A DNA stretch of 64,000 bases, from positions 32,001 through 96,000 of the forward strand of contig JAWARQ010000002.1 in assembly GCA_038893355.1 (NCBI GenBank), read 5' to 3'. Below, one piece after another: positions 12,530-24,451 of the stretch. Origin of the DNA: Sulfolobaceae archaeon. GTDB lineage: Archaea > Thermoproteota > Thermoprotei_A > Sulfolobales > Sulfolobaceae. Each line of letters opens with the position of its first letter. Position 1 is the stretch's first letter. Under the pieces are notes generated by a model. The model was not told the DNA's origin, searched no databases, and was given only the letters and a program-made list of their open reading frames with translations. A program made the position numbers and the translations under genes.

Positions 12530-13767
12530 ACTATTTCTATCCTTCCTCCTATTTTCTTAATATCAATCCAAAAATTAGGATTGCTCTTATTAACACATTC
12601 CGCCTCCCCAATAGTACCACCAAGCTTTAATATAAACGGTGTTGCCATCATGGCTATCCTATGATCTTTAGGGCATATAATAGAACCACTATGAAGCTCC
12701 TTAGAGCCAATAATTATTAACTCATTATTACCCTCTTTGACTTTAACCCCAAAAGCTCTTAAGGTCTCCGATATAGTCAATATCCTATCACTTTCCTTTA
12801 TCCTTAATCTCCTAACTCCAGTTATCTTACTTTCACCTAAAGCTATAGCAGATAATGGTGCAATAGACGGAGCGAGATCTGGTGCATCGTCTACATCAAT
12901 ATTTATATTATAGTATTCGTTTTTACTTTCAATCACCCATTCCCCTTCCTTATAATAGCTTATTGCACCCATCTTATGATATATTTCTACAATGCTGTGA
13001 TCTCCAAAGAAATCATAAGGCGCGTATAAATTGGAGATTCTTAATTTACCGCCAGTAAAGAGTGAGGAGAGAGCATAGTATGAGGAGAGAGCATAATCGC
13101 CTGGAACTCTTCCCGCATATTTATTAATCTTACCGCATCTTATCTCAATAATATTCTCACTCTCATAAAACTTAATTTTCGCGCCTAGTGAATTAAGGAG
13201 ATTAATTGTTAGAAGAATGTAACTTTTAGAGGAAATTGGTGGGATTATGCTTATTCTACCTTCACCAATCATACAAAAGCCTATTATAAATCCAGAAATG
13301 TACTGACTACTTTCACTCCCATCTATACTAATATTATTCACATCTAACCTACCTTCTATAGTAAGAGGAAGTTTTTCAGAAGAAATACTAACCCCCTTAA
13401 CAGCTCTTAAGAATGCAGATATCGGTCTTCTTCTTAATGTTTCATCACCATCTATACTTAACCTCTTACCTAATATCGCAGCTATAGGAAGTAAAAATCT
13501 TAATGTAGTACCAGAACCACCTACGTAAACCTCCTTAATTTCTTCATTTCCTTTACGCTGTAACTTTACCTTATTCCCTTCAAATTCTACACTAACTCCC
13601 AAACTTTTTACTGCATTTAATGCTGATTTTACATCCTCTGATAAGACTAAATTCTCCAGTTCAATATCCGTAAGTAATGAAAAGAATATTAACCGAATTC
13701 CTATACTTTTAGATTGTGGTGCTTCAACTTTACCGTTAATTACTGACGGAAAACCTTTCACTATCAA
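12526..13767 (-). CDS. aroA: EPSP synthase
   Basis: SGTTLRF, SSQYISG, LRIKESDR, DHRIAM. Confidence 0.94.
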   Translation of the reverse strand: MIVKGFPSVINGKVEAPQSKSIGIRLIFFSLLTDIELENLVLSEDVKSALNAVKSLGVSVEFEGNKVKLQRKGNEEIKEVYVGGSGTTLRFLLPIAAILGKRLSIDGDETLRRRPISAFLRAVKGVSISSEKLPLTIEGRLDVNNISIDGSESSQYISGFIIGFCMIGEGRISIIPPISSKSYILLTINLLNSLGAKIKFYESENIIEIRCGKINKYAGRVPGDYALSSYYALSSLFTGGKLRISNLYAPYDFFGDHSIVEIYHKMGAISYYKEGEWVIESKNEYYNINIDVDDAPDLAPSIAPLSAIALGESKITGVRRLRIKESDRILTISETLRAFGVKVKEGNNELIIIGSKELHSGSIICPKDHRIAMMATPFILKLGGTIGEAECVNKSNPNFWIDIKKIGGRIEIV

Positions 13768-14542
13768 TTTTAACTGCCCTTGTAATAATTACATTACCCT
13801 CTCGGTTAAAAATATCATATATTTTACCTTCTTCTCCCTCCTTAACTATTGCAAATATTGAAGGACCGTTGCCAGTTATCCCCGCAGCTAATGCCCCAGC
13901 ACTTAATGCCTCTTTAATTATTGAAGTATCATATCCCAATATCTCGGCTACTGCAATACCATTAAGCCTAGCAGCTTTGATAATATCACCAGAATACGCA
14001 ATGTTAAATATTTCTTCAAATAATAATTTATATTTAAATAGATTACTTAGTTGAATTGAAGAAGGTCTATCTCCCCTAGGTAATATTATAATACTAATAT
14101 CATCTATAGGAGGATTAATAATTTTTAATAATTTAAATTCTTTATTATATGTAAATGAAATTCCTCCATAATATGCGGCTGTTGCATCATCATATGCACC
14201 AGTCACGGAGACGTTTGCTTTTAGGGAAATTATCGATGCCAATTTTGGCACATTAACCTTAATACCGTACCTTTTAGATATTGCATCTATAAGTGCAACT
14301 GCAACTGCACTGCTACTTTTTAATCCGCTCCTTTGTGGAATCTCTGAATTAATATTTACGCAGATTTTCTCAATCCTATACTCCTCCTTAAAAAATTCTA
14401 GTATCTTATCTATCAGAATAGAAGAAGAATTCTTACAGTCCCCTTCCCATATATTCACTCTAACCTTTAGATCTATTGCCATAGTTGAACCATACCATGA
14501 AGGTAATGCATTTACTATTGAGATCCCTGAATATGCATACAT
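13736..14542 (-). CDS. aroK: Archaeal (GHMP-type) shikimate kinase
   Basis: [12 protein letters not shown] motif. Confidence 0.92.
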   Translation of the reverse strand: MYAYSGISIVNALPSWYGSTMAIDLKVRVNIWEGDCKNSSSILIDKILEFFKEEYRIEKICVNINSEIPQRSGLKSSSAVAVALIDAISKRYGIKVNVPKLASIISLKANVSVTGAYDDATAAYYGGISFTYNKEFKLLKIINPPIDDISIIILPRGDRPSSIQLSNLFKYKLLFEEIFNIAYSGDIIKAARLNGIAVAEILGYDTSIIKEALSAGALAAGITGNGPSIFAIVKEGEEGKIYDIFNREGNVIITRAVKIDSERFSVSN

Positions 14543-15690
14543 GACTTCTTATACCTCTCCCAGTTATTTTCAATTATATTTACATCTTCTTCAGAAAGTT
14601 TTACTGAAGGTAATTTATTTGAAATCATCATATGATCTACAAGAACTAATGCCATCATAGCTTCTGCAACACTTACACCCCTTATTGCAACTACCGGATC
14701 ATGTCTACCAATTACAGATATTTCAGTAGGTTGAAGTGTCCTTAAATCCACTGTTTTCTGGGGCTTTCTTATTGAACTTGTTGGTTTAAATGCTATCCTA
14801 ACAACTATATCCTCGCCTGTAGAAATTCCACCTAAAATTCCACCACTGTAGTTATACCTCCAACCTAATTTTCCGTTCTCCTTCACTACTATTTCATCTG
14901 AAGCTTCACTCCCTCTCATTTTAGCAAGTCTAAAACCTAAACCGTACTCAAAACCTACTACAGCTGGAATTGATAACATTGCTTTAGCTAAATCAGCCTT
15001 TAGCTTATCAAATACTGGATCACCAATTCCTGCTGGAACATTCTTAGCTACTATTTCTGCAATTCCACCCCAGCTATCTCCTTCAACAATAGCTTGCTTT
15101 ATAATTTGCTCATACCTTTCTTCTAAATTCTTTTTAGAAGCCCTAACTGCACTATATTTTGAACATAAGATTTCCTCAAAACTCACACTCTCCTCTAAAC
15201 TAACGGGACCTATACTAATTAAATGCCCAGCTATCCACGTATTAGTTAACATTAATAGCTTTTTAGCAATAGCTCCTGCAGCCACTCTACTAGCTGTCTC
15301 CCTTGCACTAGCCCTCCCGCCACCTCTATAATCCCAATTTTCATAACCATATCGAAAGATGTATGGCAAATCTGCATGACCTGGTCGAGGCTTATATTTT
15401 ATCTCTTCATAAAGTGAAGATATAACGTCTGTATTTCTTATAACTATACTTACTGGAGCTCCAGTAGTCCTACCATTGAACAAACCACTTAATATCTCGA
15501 CTTCATCCTTTTCCCTTCTACCAGAAACTAGATATCTTCCAGGCCTTCTAAATGATAATTCAAACTCTATATCCTCTTTCGATAATGGTAGTCCTGCTGG
15601 AATTCCATCAATAATAACACCTACTGCAGGACCGTGACTCTCTCCAAACGTTGTTATCCTCAACATTCTTCCGAAAGTATTTCCTGGCAT
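14515..15690 (-). CDS. aroC: Chorismate synthase
   Basis: TFGESHG, RPGHAD, RASARET. Confidence 0.96.
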   Translation of the reverse strand: MPGNTFGRMLRITTFGESHGPAVGVIIDGIPAGLPLSKEDIEFELSFRRPGRYLVSGRREKDEVEILSGLFNGRTTGAPVSIVIRNTDVISSLYEEIKYKPRPGHADLPYIFRYGYENWDYRGGGRASARETASRVAAGAIAKKLLMLTNTWIAGHLISIGPVSLEESVSFEEILCSKYSAVRASKKNLEERYEQIIKQAIVEGDSWGGIAEIVAKNVPAGIGDPVFDKLKADLAKAMLSIPAVVGFEYGLGFRLAKMRGSEASDEIVVKENGKLGWRYNYSGGILGGISTGEDIVVRIAFKPTSSIRKPQKTVDLRTLQPTEISVIGRHDPVVAIRGVSVAEAMMALVLVDHMMISNKLPSVKLSEEDVNIIENNWERYKKSCMHIQGSQ

Positions 15691-16490
15691 ATGTATTCCC
15701 TTATTTGTTCCTCATCTAGAGATTTACCAAACCATATCTTTTGTGCTTCTATTGCTTGATTAATTAGAATAGATAACCCATCTATTATATCTATCCCCTT
15801 TTTCATTGCATTTAAAATAAGGTATGTCTTTATTGGTCTGTAAACTAAATCAACAACTAGTAAACCCCTTATACATTCTTCACGTATGTTTTGAGGATAA
15901 GGTGTTGCATTAACTAAAACATCATAATTTAAATTACAGTCATTCACATATTCAGCTTCAATTCCAAATGAACTAAGATTCTTAATTACTTCTAAAGCTC
16001 TTTCCTTAGTCCTATTGTTAATCAAAATTTTACAACCTAATTCGCCTAAAGCATAAGCAGCAGCTTTACCTGCACCACCTGCACCCATAATGTAACACCT
16101 GAATCCATTAAGACTCTTAAGCTTCCTCTGAACTAACTTTTTTATTGCAATATAATCAGTATTATAACCCCTCTTATTATAAATCGTATTTACTGCACCT
16201 ATTCTCCTTGTAACCTCATCTACCTCATCAAGATGCCTTATAATTAATTCTTTATAGGGAATTGTTACATTTACTCCCTCAATAACCTCTAATAATCCAT
16301 CTATCGCTTTGTTAAATTTATCTTCATTTAAATCAAATACAACATAAACAGCATTAATATTTAATTTATTAAATGAGAAGTTATGAATATAAGGTGATAG
16401 AGAATAACTTATACCCTTTCCTACTAGAGCATAAATTTTTGTTGTGGGACTAATTAAAACAATTTTTACTCCCCCTCTCCTGATAGGCAT
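15660..16490 (-). CDS. aroE: Shikimate dehydrogenase
   Basis: [23 protein letters not shown]; exact start uncertain. Confidence 0.92.
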   Translation of the reverse strand: MPIRRGGVKIVLISPTTKIYALVGKGISYSLSPYIHNFSFNKLNINAVYVVFDLNEDKFNKAIDGLLEVIEGVNVTIPYKELIIRHLDEVDEVTRRIGAVNTIYNKRGYNTDYIAIKKLVQRKLKSLNGFRCYIMGAGGAGKAAAYALGELGCKILINNRTKERALEVIKNLSSFGIEAEYVNDCNLNYDVLVNATPYPQNIREECIRGLLVVDLVYRPIKTYLILNAMKKGIDIIDGLSILINQAIEAQKIWFGKSLDEEQIREYICQEILSEEC

Positions 16491-17536
16491 TGCTTCGCAA
16501 AACCCTTTATAGTTTCAATGGGGACTTTTGCACTTTTCCAACTGCCTATTCTTACTGGAAATGGCATTAAGACGTAGTCATTTCTCACCTTCTTATCCTT
16601 ACTAATTGCCTCTAATGCTACTTCTAAATTAATTTTTACACCTAATTTCTCGGGTAAGTAAGGAAGATCGTATAAACTTAATAGCCATACTACATCCTCT
16701 ACAACACCTTCTTCCGAGATTCCCATTTCCTCAGCAATCTTTGTCTCACATAGCATCCCAACGGATATGGCATAACCATGTGGGACAGAAAAGTTTGATC
16801 CAGCCTCAATAGCATGACCTATTGTATGCCCGAAATTAAGTACTATTCTTACCCCCTTCTCTTCTCTCTCATCTTCCTTTACAATTTTAAGCTTATTTAA
16901 TGCAGATCGATAAATTACTTCTTCAATTGCACTTTCTTCCTTATTTAATATTTCCTCCTTATTTAAAGATAAAAAATCATATAATTCCTTATCCAAAACT
17001 AAAGCATATTTTATAACCTCTGCCAACCCCTTCTTTAATTCCTCAATAGGTAACGAATCTAAAAATCTTAAATCTGAGATTATTAGTCTAGGCTGATAAA
17101 AGGTTCCTATAATATTCTTATAATTCTCGAAATTTACTCCATTCTTACCGCCAATAGCAGCATCTACCATTCCTAATAATGTCGTTGGTACATTTACTAG
17201 ATTTACACCCCTAAGATATATTGATGATGCAAAACTTACCGTATCTAATAGTGAACCACCACCAACTCCTACTACGTAATCTCCTCTATCAATACCTATT
17301 TCCAAAAATTTCTTTATTAAATATATTACTGAATTTAAATTTTTGAAACTTTCCCCGTCATTTACTTCTATCATATAAGTTTTATCGTCTACAATTTCAT
17401 TTAAAATTGATTTATCTATTTTATTTGAAAATATAATTACTTTCTTCTCAGTTATTTTAGTTAATTCATTTAGAACTCCTTTACCTACAATAAATTTTGT
17501 CTTAGAGCAACATATGTCCTCTTCTATCTCCATCAT
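16466..17536 (-). CDS. aroB: 3-dehydroquinate synthase
   Basis: VPTTLLGMVDAAIGGK, LNFGHTIGH. Confidence 0.95.
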   Translation of the reverse strand: MMEIEEDICCSKTKFIVGKGVLNELTKITEKKVIIFSNKIDKSILNEIVDDKTYMIEVNDGESFKNLNSVIYLIKKFLEIGIDRGDYVVGVGGGSLLDTVSFASSIYLRGVNLVNVPTTLLGMVDAAIGGKNGVNFENYKNIIGTFYQPRLIISDLRFLDSLPIEELKKGLAEVIKYALVLDKELYDFLSLNKEEILNKEESAIEEVIYRSALNKLKIVKEDEREEKGVRIVLNFGHTIGHAIEAGSNFSVPHGYAISVGMLCETKIAEEMGISEEGVVEDVVWLLSLYDLPYLPEKLGVKINLEVALEAISKDKKVRNDYVLMPFPVRIGSWKSAKVPIETIKGFAKQCLSGEGE

Positions 17537-18537
17537 AATGACCTTCCCAACACCTCAGCTATTCCCTTAATTCTATTCATTAATAATTCAAATGAGTCCG
17601 GAGTTAATTGTTGTTCTGAGTCGCTTAATGCCTTTTCAGGATTTGGATGAACTTCTATTAATAACATATCAGCACCCGCTGCAACAGCTGCTAATGCTAA
17701 TGAATGAACCAACTCCCTTTTTCCTGCAGGATGACTTGGATCTGCGCAGACTGGTAAATGTGTTGATTGCTTAGCAACAATCATTCCACCAATATCTAAT
17801 GTAAATCTAGTAGATCTCTCAAAAGTTCTTATACCCCTTTCACAAATTACGACATTGCCATTGCCTTGTAACATTATGTATTCTGCTGTAAGTAACCATT
17901 CTTCTACAGTATTCCCTAATCCCCTCTTTAATAGTACTGGCTTCTTAGTTCTACCTACCTCTATTAATAAATTAAAGTTTTGTGCATTTCTTGCACCTAT
18001 TTGCAACATATCTACATTCTTTTTAAATATCTCAATATCTCTAATATCCATTATCTCGCTAACAATCGGCATTCCTACATCATCACCTACTTTCCTAAGT
18101 AACTTTATACCCTCCTCTCCTAGACCTTGAAATGAATAAGGACTAGTCCTAGGCTTATATGCGCCGCCCCTTAATAATCTAGCACCAGCTCTTTTTACTG
18201 CTCTTGCAACCGTATATAATTGCTCCTCACTTTCAACAGCACAAGGACCTGCAGCTACTACTATTTTCTTTCCACCTATCTCTACTCCACTTACATTCAC
18301 AATTGTAGGATCTTTTTTCCATTCGTTACTAACCAATTGATAGGGCCTCTTAGTTTTTACTATAAGTTCTATACTCTCATCAAAAATTTCTTGATGAGAT
18401 AACGTATCAGGCCACGTTACAACTATTTTCTTTCCATAAAGGTCTAGGAATTTATATGATAGTGAAGATTTATTTAATTTTTCTTTTAATAATGAATAAT
18501 CTTTACCCTCTTTTAATATGAGGATCACTCTTCCCAC
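17533..18537 (-). CDS. aroF: DAHP synthase (class I-beta)
   Basis: AGPCAVES, KPRTSPYSFQG, DPSH. Confidence 0.93.
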   Translation of the reverse strand: MGRVILILKEGKDYSLLKEKLNKSSLSYKFLDLYGKKIVVTWPDTLSHQEIFDESIELIVKTKRPYQLVSNEWKKDPTIVNVSGVEIGGKKIVVAAGPCAVESEEQLYTVARAVKRAGARLLRGGAYKPRTSPYSFQGLGEEGIKLLRKVGDDVGMPIVSEIMDIRDIEIFKKNVDMLQIGARNAQNFNLLIEVGRTKKPVLLKRGLGNTVEEWLLTAEYIMLQGNGNVVICERGIRTFERSTRFTLDIGGMIVAKQSTHLPVCADPSHPAGKRELVHSLALAAVAAGADMLLIEVHPNPEKALSDSEQQLTPDSFELLMNRIKGIAEVLGRSL

Positions 18538-19561
18538 CCAGACCTTCTGCCAATTTTTTAAGCTCCGATAATCCTATTTCCCTAACTTTATAAGCATAGG
18601 AGTTCATCCTTTGTATCTCGATTACTACTGGCAAAATACTCTCAATTCTTTCCAATATTTTTAATATTTCTCTAAAATTATAAGTCTGAAATTTTTTATA
18701 ATCTATGTTAAATTCTCTAGAAAGACTCCTTATGGAATTAAGTAATCCTAAGAGATAATAGTGAGTAAGTACTTGAACAATAGCCATGCCCCGCTCATGC
18801 TCATCTTTAGTTGAAATAATCGGAACTAATCCAGATCCTCTCCAAAATTCTACAACCTCTTCAAACCTATCTTTACTGGTTTTTGATGGAATAATTACTA
18901 TGTTCTCACCAACTGGGTATGTAATAGGCCCAAATAACGGATGCGTGGATATATAATAAAAGCCATACTCTTCAGACTTAGATTCTAGATATTCAAATAT
19001 TAAATTCTTAGAAGAAAATATATCCATTACTACTTTGTCTTTTGATAATTTAAATATTTTATTTATAATCTCGTCTTTTATTATTTCTGGTGAAGTAGTT
19101 ATGATTATATATTCAGCTAATTTAATTGCCTCATCAACATTAGCTACCACACATTTAAATTCATCAATAAGTCTCATTGCTTTTGAAATATTCCTACCAG
19201 TTACGATAACATTGTGACCGGCTAAAGATAGTAACGAAACTAATGATCTCGCCATTCCACCATAACCAATAATCGTAACTTTTCTCCTAATAGAAGGGCT
19301 TATTTGGAACATTTTTGAAAAGGAGAGTATTAGGTCAAAAATTCTATCTATTAATGTTTCTGGTATACCTAAGTTTTTCCCTATTTGAAACCATCTTGAC
19401 TTTAATTCAAGCTCCCTCTCTAAATCAGTTATGGGGATTTTATTTTCATACTTAAATTTCCCAATTTCTTTTGAAATCTTAAGCCTATTACTAATAATCT
19501 TTAATAACTCCTCATCTAATTTATTAATCTCCCTTCTGAGAAAATCTAAATCTTTACTCAT
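18503..19561 (-). CDS. tyrA: Chorismate mutase-prephenate dehydrogenase fusion
   Basis: N-terminal LRREINKLD AroQ motif; GYGGM Rossmann fold; HPLFGP. Confidence 0.85.
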   Translation of the reverse strand: MSKDLDFLRREINKLDEELLKIISNRLKISKEIGKFKYENKIPITDLERELELKSRWFQIGKNLGIPETLIDRIFDLILSFSKMFQISPSIRRKVTIIGYGGMARSLVSLLSLAGHNVIVTGRNISKAMRLIDEFKCVVANVDEAIKLAEYIIITTSPEIIKDEIINKIFKLSKDKVVMDIFSSKNLIFEYLESKSEEYGFYYISTHPLFGPITYPVGENIVIIPSKTSKDRFEEVVEFWRGSGLVPIISTKDEHERGMAIVQVLTHYYLLGLLNSIRSLSREFNIDYKKFQTYNFREILKILERIESILPVVIEIQRMNSYAYKVREIGLSELKKLAEGLGGKSDPHIKRG

Positions 19562-20503
19562 TCACTTTAAAAGTTCTAGAGCGCGATTTATAATATTATT
19601 ATAGTTAATATGATAATAGTCCAAGAGCTCCCTTTGGCTTCTCGCAGATCTTCCAAAGGTTGTGGCACCGATAAACCTCATGGGTACCGGATACTTATTA
19701 ACAACAACCTCAGCAACAGCTGATCCTACTCCAGCATATATACTATGCTCCTCAATTACAATAATCCTTCCAGTCTTTCTTGCATAATATTCTATAGTAC
19801 CCTCATCTATTGGTTTAATTGAAAATAGATTAATTACTGCAGCACTGACACCCATTTTTTCTAATTCTTCTGCAGCTCTTAAAGCATCCCAAAGCACTAC
19901 GCCTGCACCAATAATTGTTATATCATCACCATCTCGTAGTACATAAGCCTTACCCAGTTCAAACCTATAGTCGAAATCTACAGTTATTGGAGGAGAATAA
20001 TCTCTACCAATCCTATAATATAATGGACCTCTTATTTCCTTAAGTATAACTGGTAAACTTCTTTCAACATCCTTAGAATCAGCGGGAATTACGACCTTCA
20101 TATTTGGTAGTACTCTCATTAGTGCTATATCTTCTAGACATTGATGACTTGACCCATCTCCACTATCGCTATAACCAGAATGCGTTGCTACAAACTTTAC
20201 ATCTAAATTCATTCTAGCTACAGTGTTCCTAATCATTTCCCATGCTCTCATTAAGAACATTGCAAAATCAACTACTAATGGCTTCTTGCCAACAGCTGAA
20301 AGGCCCGCAGCAAAATTAACCATATCTTGTTCTGAAATACCTACATTGAAGTATCTATCAGGAAATTTCTCTCTAAAATAAGAAGCTCTAGAAGAATCTC
20401 CAACGTCAGCAGTTACTACTACTAAATCTTTTATTTCTTCTCCTAATTTTACTAATAACTTTCCAAAAGTTTCACGAATTGAGGAGATAGTTGCGTGCAT
20501 CAT
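19562..20503 (-). CDS. Transketolase C-terminal subunit
   Basis: [18 protein letters not shown]. Confidence 0.92.
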   Translation of the reverse strand: MMHATISSIRETFGKLLVKLGEEIKDLVVVTADVGDSSRASYFREKFPDRYFNVGISEQDMVNFAAGLSAVGKKPLVVDFAMFLMRAWEMIRNTVARMNLDVKFVATHSGYSDSGDGSSHQCLEDIALMRVLPNMKVVIPADSKDVERSLPVILKEIRGPLYYRIGRDYSPPITVDFDYRFELGKAYVLRDGDDITIIGAGVVLWDALRAAEELEKMGVSAAVINLFSIKPIDEGTIEYYARKTGRIIVIEEHSIYAGVGSAVAEVVVNKYPVPMRFIGATTFGRSARSQRELLDYYHINYNNIINRALELLK

Positions 20504-21296
20504 CTACTGATGCCCTCTGCCGCTTTGTGTTCTCAATTACTTTAAATCCTTTACCTCTAACTGTTTTTGCAAAAATTACAGACGGGGCTTTAGCCTTTAT
20601 TGCTTCTTCTATACTACTTGCTATACTTACTATGTCATGACCATCACAACTAAAAGTCCTCCATCCTATTGCTTCATAAACTTTTTGTAGGTAGCCCTTT
20701 GGCTTTATTTCTTCGGTAGACCCATCTAACTGAAATCCATTAACATCTACGATTACTATTAAATTATCTAACTTTCTTACTGGAGCATGAGTTATAGCTT
20801 CCCAGACTTCTCCCTCATCATGTTCACCATCGCCCATTATTACAAATACCCTACCCCTTCCTCCATTCATCTTTATACCCGTTGCAACACCAATTCCATA
20901 ACTTAAACCTTGACCTAGGCTACCAGTTGACATATCTACTGTAGGTATTGATATCTCTGGATGTCCTTGTAAAATTCCTGAAATATCTTGTATTTTCCAT
21001 AATTCGTCATAAGATATAACACCTTTTTCTGCCAAAAGCGCATAATATGCCGGTGCCGCATGGCCCTTACTTAATATTAGCCAATCCTTATTTATAGGAT
21101 TAGAATCTTCCCTCAAATATTTAAATAATAATACAGTTAATATTTCAATACTGCTTAGCGAAGAACCTACATGAATAGTTTGGTCATAAAACAACATTTT
21201 TACAACATTTTTTCTTACCCTTTCTGCTATATCCTTTAACTTACTTATTTCCTCTACGGATAGAGGGGTGTTATTATTTTGATTACTCATTTCCAT
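20472..21296 (-). CDS. Transketolase N-terminal subunit
   Basis: SKGHA, GHPE, TGSLGQG, GDGE; start likely ATG 21296 or 21290. Confidence 0.9.
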   Translation of the reverse strand: MEMSNQNNNTPLSVEEISKLKDIAERVRKNVVKMLFYDQTIHVGSSLSSIEILTVLLFKYLREDSNPINKDWLILSKGHAAPAYYALLAEKGVISYDELWKIQDISGILQGHPEISIPTVDMSTGSLGQGLSYGIGVATGIKMNGGRGRVFVIMGDGEHDEGEVWEAITHAPVRKLDNLIVIVDVNGFQLDGSTEEIKPKGYLQKVYEAIGWRTFSCDGHDIVSIASSIEEAIKAKAPSVIFAKTVRGKGFKVIENTKRQRASVDDARNYLLNS

Positions 21297-21367
21297 TGGA
21301 ACAATATGCAACCCCTTTTCCACAATAGCAAAAGCCACTTTTAAACTTTATTGTAGAATATAAGTCT

Positions 21368-22261
21368 GTGGAATTAGAGAGGTATTCTCGACAACTACTA
21401 GTATTAGGATTAGAAATACAACAGAAAATGAAAGAGCTTACAGTTACAGTTCTAGGTTGCGGAGCATTAGGGACTACAGTAGCAGAATTGTTAGCAAGAA
21501 TGGGAATAGGAAAAATTAGAATTATAGACGCTGATATAGTTGAATTAAGCAATCTCCATAGAACTCATCTCTTTGATGAGAACGACATAGGTAAGCCTAA
21601 GGTTATTGCTTGTAAAGAGAAGATAAGAAGAATAAATAATAATGTAATTGTTGAAGAAATAATTGATATTATTGATGAAAGTAATGCTGAAGAAATAATT
21701 AAAGATTCAAATATAGTATTTGATGCATTAGATAACTTATATTACAAACTTTTAATTAATGATGCTTCTGTTAAAAGAGGAATACCTTTAATACATGGTG
21801 GAATAGCAGGTGAATTTGGTTCTGTGAAACTAATAATCCCTGGGGTTACTTCTTGTCTATCTTGTTTTATAGAATACAATAGTAATGATACAAGGAATAG
21901 TTGTGATATAATAGGAACCTTACCAACTATAGTTGATATTACTGCATCACTTCAAGTTCAACTAATGTTAAATTATTTAAGGGGTGAAATAGATGGAAGT
22001 TATTATTATATAGATGCTAAAGAATTAAGAATAGATAGAATAAATATACAAAAGAATGACAAATGTCCTAGTTGTTCTCTTAGGCAATTCCCTTATCTCA
22101 CGGGAAAAATAAAAATGGCTTGTGGATTAAGTAGGATAAATAATGAAGTTAAATTTACGGATCTTGTCTTTCAAAACGAGTACGTTAGGATCTATAAGGA
22201 TTTTAATGGTATGATACTATGTTATTACAATGGAAAGTGTTTTCTTAAAAGAAGTAGTTAG
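21368..22261 (+). CDS. ThiF/MoeB (E1-like) adenylyltransferase
   Basis: RYSRQ, GCGALG, SNLHR, CxxC pairs. Confidence 0.9.
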   Translation: MELERYSRQLLVLGLEIQQKMKELTVTVLGCGALGTTVAELLARMGIGKIRIIDADIVELSNLHRTHLFDENDIGKPKVIACKEKIRRINNNVIVEEIIDIIDESNAEEIIKDSNIVFDALDNLYYKLLINDASVKRGIPLIHGGIAGEFGSVKLIIPGVTSCLSCFIEYNSNDTRNSCDIIGTLPTIVDITASLQVQLMLNYLRGEIDGSYYYIDAKELRIDRINIQKNDKCPSCSLRQFPYLTGKIKMACGLSRINNEVKFTDLVFQNEYVRIYKDFNGMILCYYNGKCFLKRSS

Positions 22262-22269
22262 GGGATTAA

Positions 22270-23193
22270 ATGTTTAAAAGAATAATCTTAATGGCAATAA
22301 TTCCACTTATAATAATTTTGATTTATAGTTATATATTTAATTTAAATTTAATAACAGTAATTGGTGATATTGAACCTAGGATTATTTTCTATTTTATCAT
22401 ATTTTATATAATTTCGAATATTATATTTGCATATAGAGATTCACGAATAGCAAATTCTAAATTGACTACTGCAATAAAAGCTAGATTCTTAGGAAATGCG
22501 TTTTCGTTAATACTACCAGGTTGGAGTGGTGCAGAATTGGCAAGAGCATTAGTTTATTCTAGTGCAGAGAAGATGGATTTTGTTAAATCTTTTTCATACT
22601 CTCTAGTTTTTGGATTTTACGACGTAGTGGTAGGTAGTTTATTATTTTTAATCTTAAGCCTGTTTTATTTTAAATCAATTTTAATAATATTTATAATTTA
22701 CTCTTTAATAAGTATAATAACATGGATTAGTGGATTTGGTTATTTGTATTTCTCAGGAAATAAACTTAATAAATTTGAAAAAATTATATTTGAAAAATTT
22801 AAGATTATAAATAAATTTTCTGGATTATATATTTTATCAAAAAATACTATAAGAGAAGGCTTAAACAAATTTAAAATCATTCAATATATTTTGTTAAGTA
22901 TAATAGCATATATATTACAGTCATTATCGTTCCTATCAATAGTTAAAGCACCATTCTCGATCTTCTTAAACCAGCTTTATTTAATAGCACTTTTAGTACC
23001 TACACCATCTGGTGCTGGAGTAAGAGAAATACTCCTGTCTATTTATCTTACTCCAGAATTAGTAATTCAAGTTATCTTAGTTGAAACTCTTTGTTACCTT
23101 TTAGGATTTGTATTTATAGGAGAAATCGACATAAAAGAACTTAAGAATCAGATAAGAAACATATTTCGAAATGGAAACTTTTCTCAATCCTAA
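22270..23193 (+). CDS. Lysylphosphatidylglycerol synthase TM-domain/flippase-like membrane protein
   Basis: Multi-TM; PTPSGAGVRE motif. Confidence 0.75.
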   Translation: MFKRIILMAIIPLIIILIYSYIFNLNLITVIGDIEPRIIFYFIIFYIISNIIFAYRDSRIANSKLTTAIKARFLGNAFSLILPGWSGAELARALVYSSAEKMDFVKSFSYSLVFGFYDVVVGSLLFLILSLFYFKSILIIFIIYSLISIITWISGFGYLYFSGNKLNKFEKIIFEKFKIINKFSGLYILSKNTIREGLNKFKIIQYILLSIIAYILQSLSFLSIVKAPFSIFLNQLYLIALLVPTPSGAGVREILLSIYLTPELVIQVILVETLCYLLGFVFIGEIDIKELKNQIRNIFRNGNFSQS

Positions 23194-24190
23194 TGCTGAA
23201 ATATCAAAGAAACTACTGGAAAAATTTAGCTCCTTAAAGTCTAACTGTCTTAAAGTAAACTATGACCTTGACTCTTTATTATTTGCATATATAATAAGTA
23301 AAGAATTTAAGGATAGTTTCTACATAACATTTACCTCTAATTGTCCTAATCAACTATTAAAAAAAGATAATAATAAAATTTTAATTATAGAAGGAAATGA
23401 GATAAATATAGGAAGAAACTCCTTCTGTACATTATTACCAATAACTACAGAGAATTTTTTAGGAGTATTAGTTGGTATTATGTATTCTTCTATATTTGAA
23501 AGGAGACAATTTACAGAAGAAGAGAGGAGTATTATAAATAATAGTAAAAATTACGGAATAGTAGTAGAGAATAGTATAAAACTTATTAATTATAAGGAAT
23601 TGCCGGTTTTCTTATCACTAATCCTTACAATAGATCCATATATTGTTGGAGTTAGCGGCAATAAAGCTTCTGCATTGAGTATAATAAGAGAACTAAACAT
23701 ATCAGAAACTGCTAAACTTGAAGAACTAGATGAACCTAAACTAAACTCATTATTATATAGAATAGTTAGTAATATTTTAAAATATAATCCAAAATTTACT
23801 AGAGAAGATTTATTTTCTGAAAGGATATTTTATGAAAGATACGATATTTTAGAGTTGGCAATAGCGTTAGCGTATTCTTTAGATATAATTGGCTCTTCAG
23901 AAATTTTTAAGTTTATATATTATAATAAATATATTGATATTATAATAGATAGATATAGAAAAGATTTGTCTAAAGATTTTGAAATTAAAGAATTTGAAGA
24001 TAAAGGAAGTTATTATGTAGTAAGTAGTGAATTAAGATCTCCTTTACTGCTCTCCCTAATATTAAAGCAAATGGGTAAGATTAAGTCAGAAAAACCTATC
24101 TATATAAAGATTGATAATGAGTTATATACAACAAGGTATTTTATGAAATCGCAGAAGGAGGGTTTAATTAAAATTGAAAGCAAAAATTAA
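23171..24190 (+). CDS. Degenerate RecJ/DHH-related protein (probable RecJdbh/Cdc45 homologue)
   Basis: TIDPYIVGVSG motif of archaeal RecJ-like proteins, no intact DHH motif, directly upstream of Pcc1. Confidence 0.55.
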   Translation: METFLNPNAEISKKLLEKFSSLKSNCLKVNYDLDSLLFAYIISKEFKDSFYITFTSNCPNQLLKKDNNKILIIEGNEINIGRNSFCTLLPITTENFLGVLVGIMYSSIFERRQFTEEERSIINNSKNYGIVVENSIKLINYKELPVFLSLILTIDPYIVGVSGNKASALSIIRELNISETAKLEELDEPKLNSLLYRIVSNILKYNPKFTREDLFSERIFYERYDILELAIALAYSLDIIGSSEIFKFIYYNKYIDIIIDRYRKDLSKDFEIKEFEDKGSYYVVSSELRSPLLLSLILKQMGKIKSEKPIYIKIDNELYTTRYFMKSQKEGLIKIESKN

Positions 24191-24422
24191 AATAAATATA
24201 AAGTATAAAAATCCAGAAATCTTATACCAAAGTCTATTACCAGACAATATCCAAATACCTAAGGGTTTAAATATTGATATGAAATATGATAACGAAAATT
24301 TAAATATAATCTTAGAAATGATAATTAAAGATCCTAAAGATATTTTGACTCTCAGAAATACTGCAGACGAGATATTGACACATGTCAATTCGATAATAGA
24401 AGTGCTAGATAATTTAAAATAG
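24174..24422 (+). CDS. pcc1: KEOPS subunit Pcc1-like
   Basis: SLLPDN and TLRNTADE patterns, 82 aa. Confidence 0.65.
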   Translation: MKAKIKINIKYKNPEILYQSLLPDNIQIPKGLNIDMKYDNENLNIILEMIIKDPKDILTLRNTADEILTHVNSIIEVLDNLK

Positions 24423-24451
24423 TAGAGCGTGGATTATTACATTGATTAAAA

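Noticed and set aside
11879-21296. Complete shikimate operon with split transketolase
   Set aside because: Known conserved arrangement in Sulfolobales; not novel apart from the missing His noted separately
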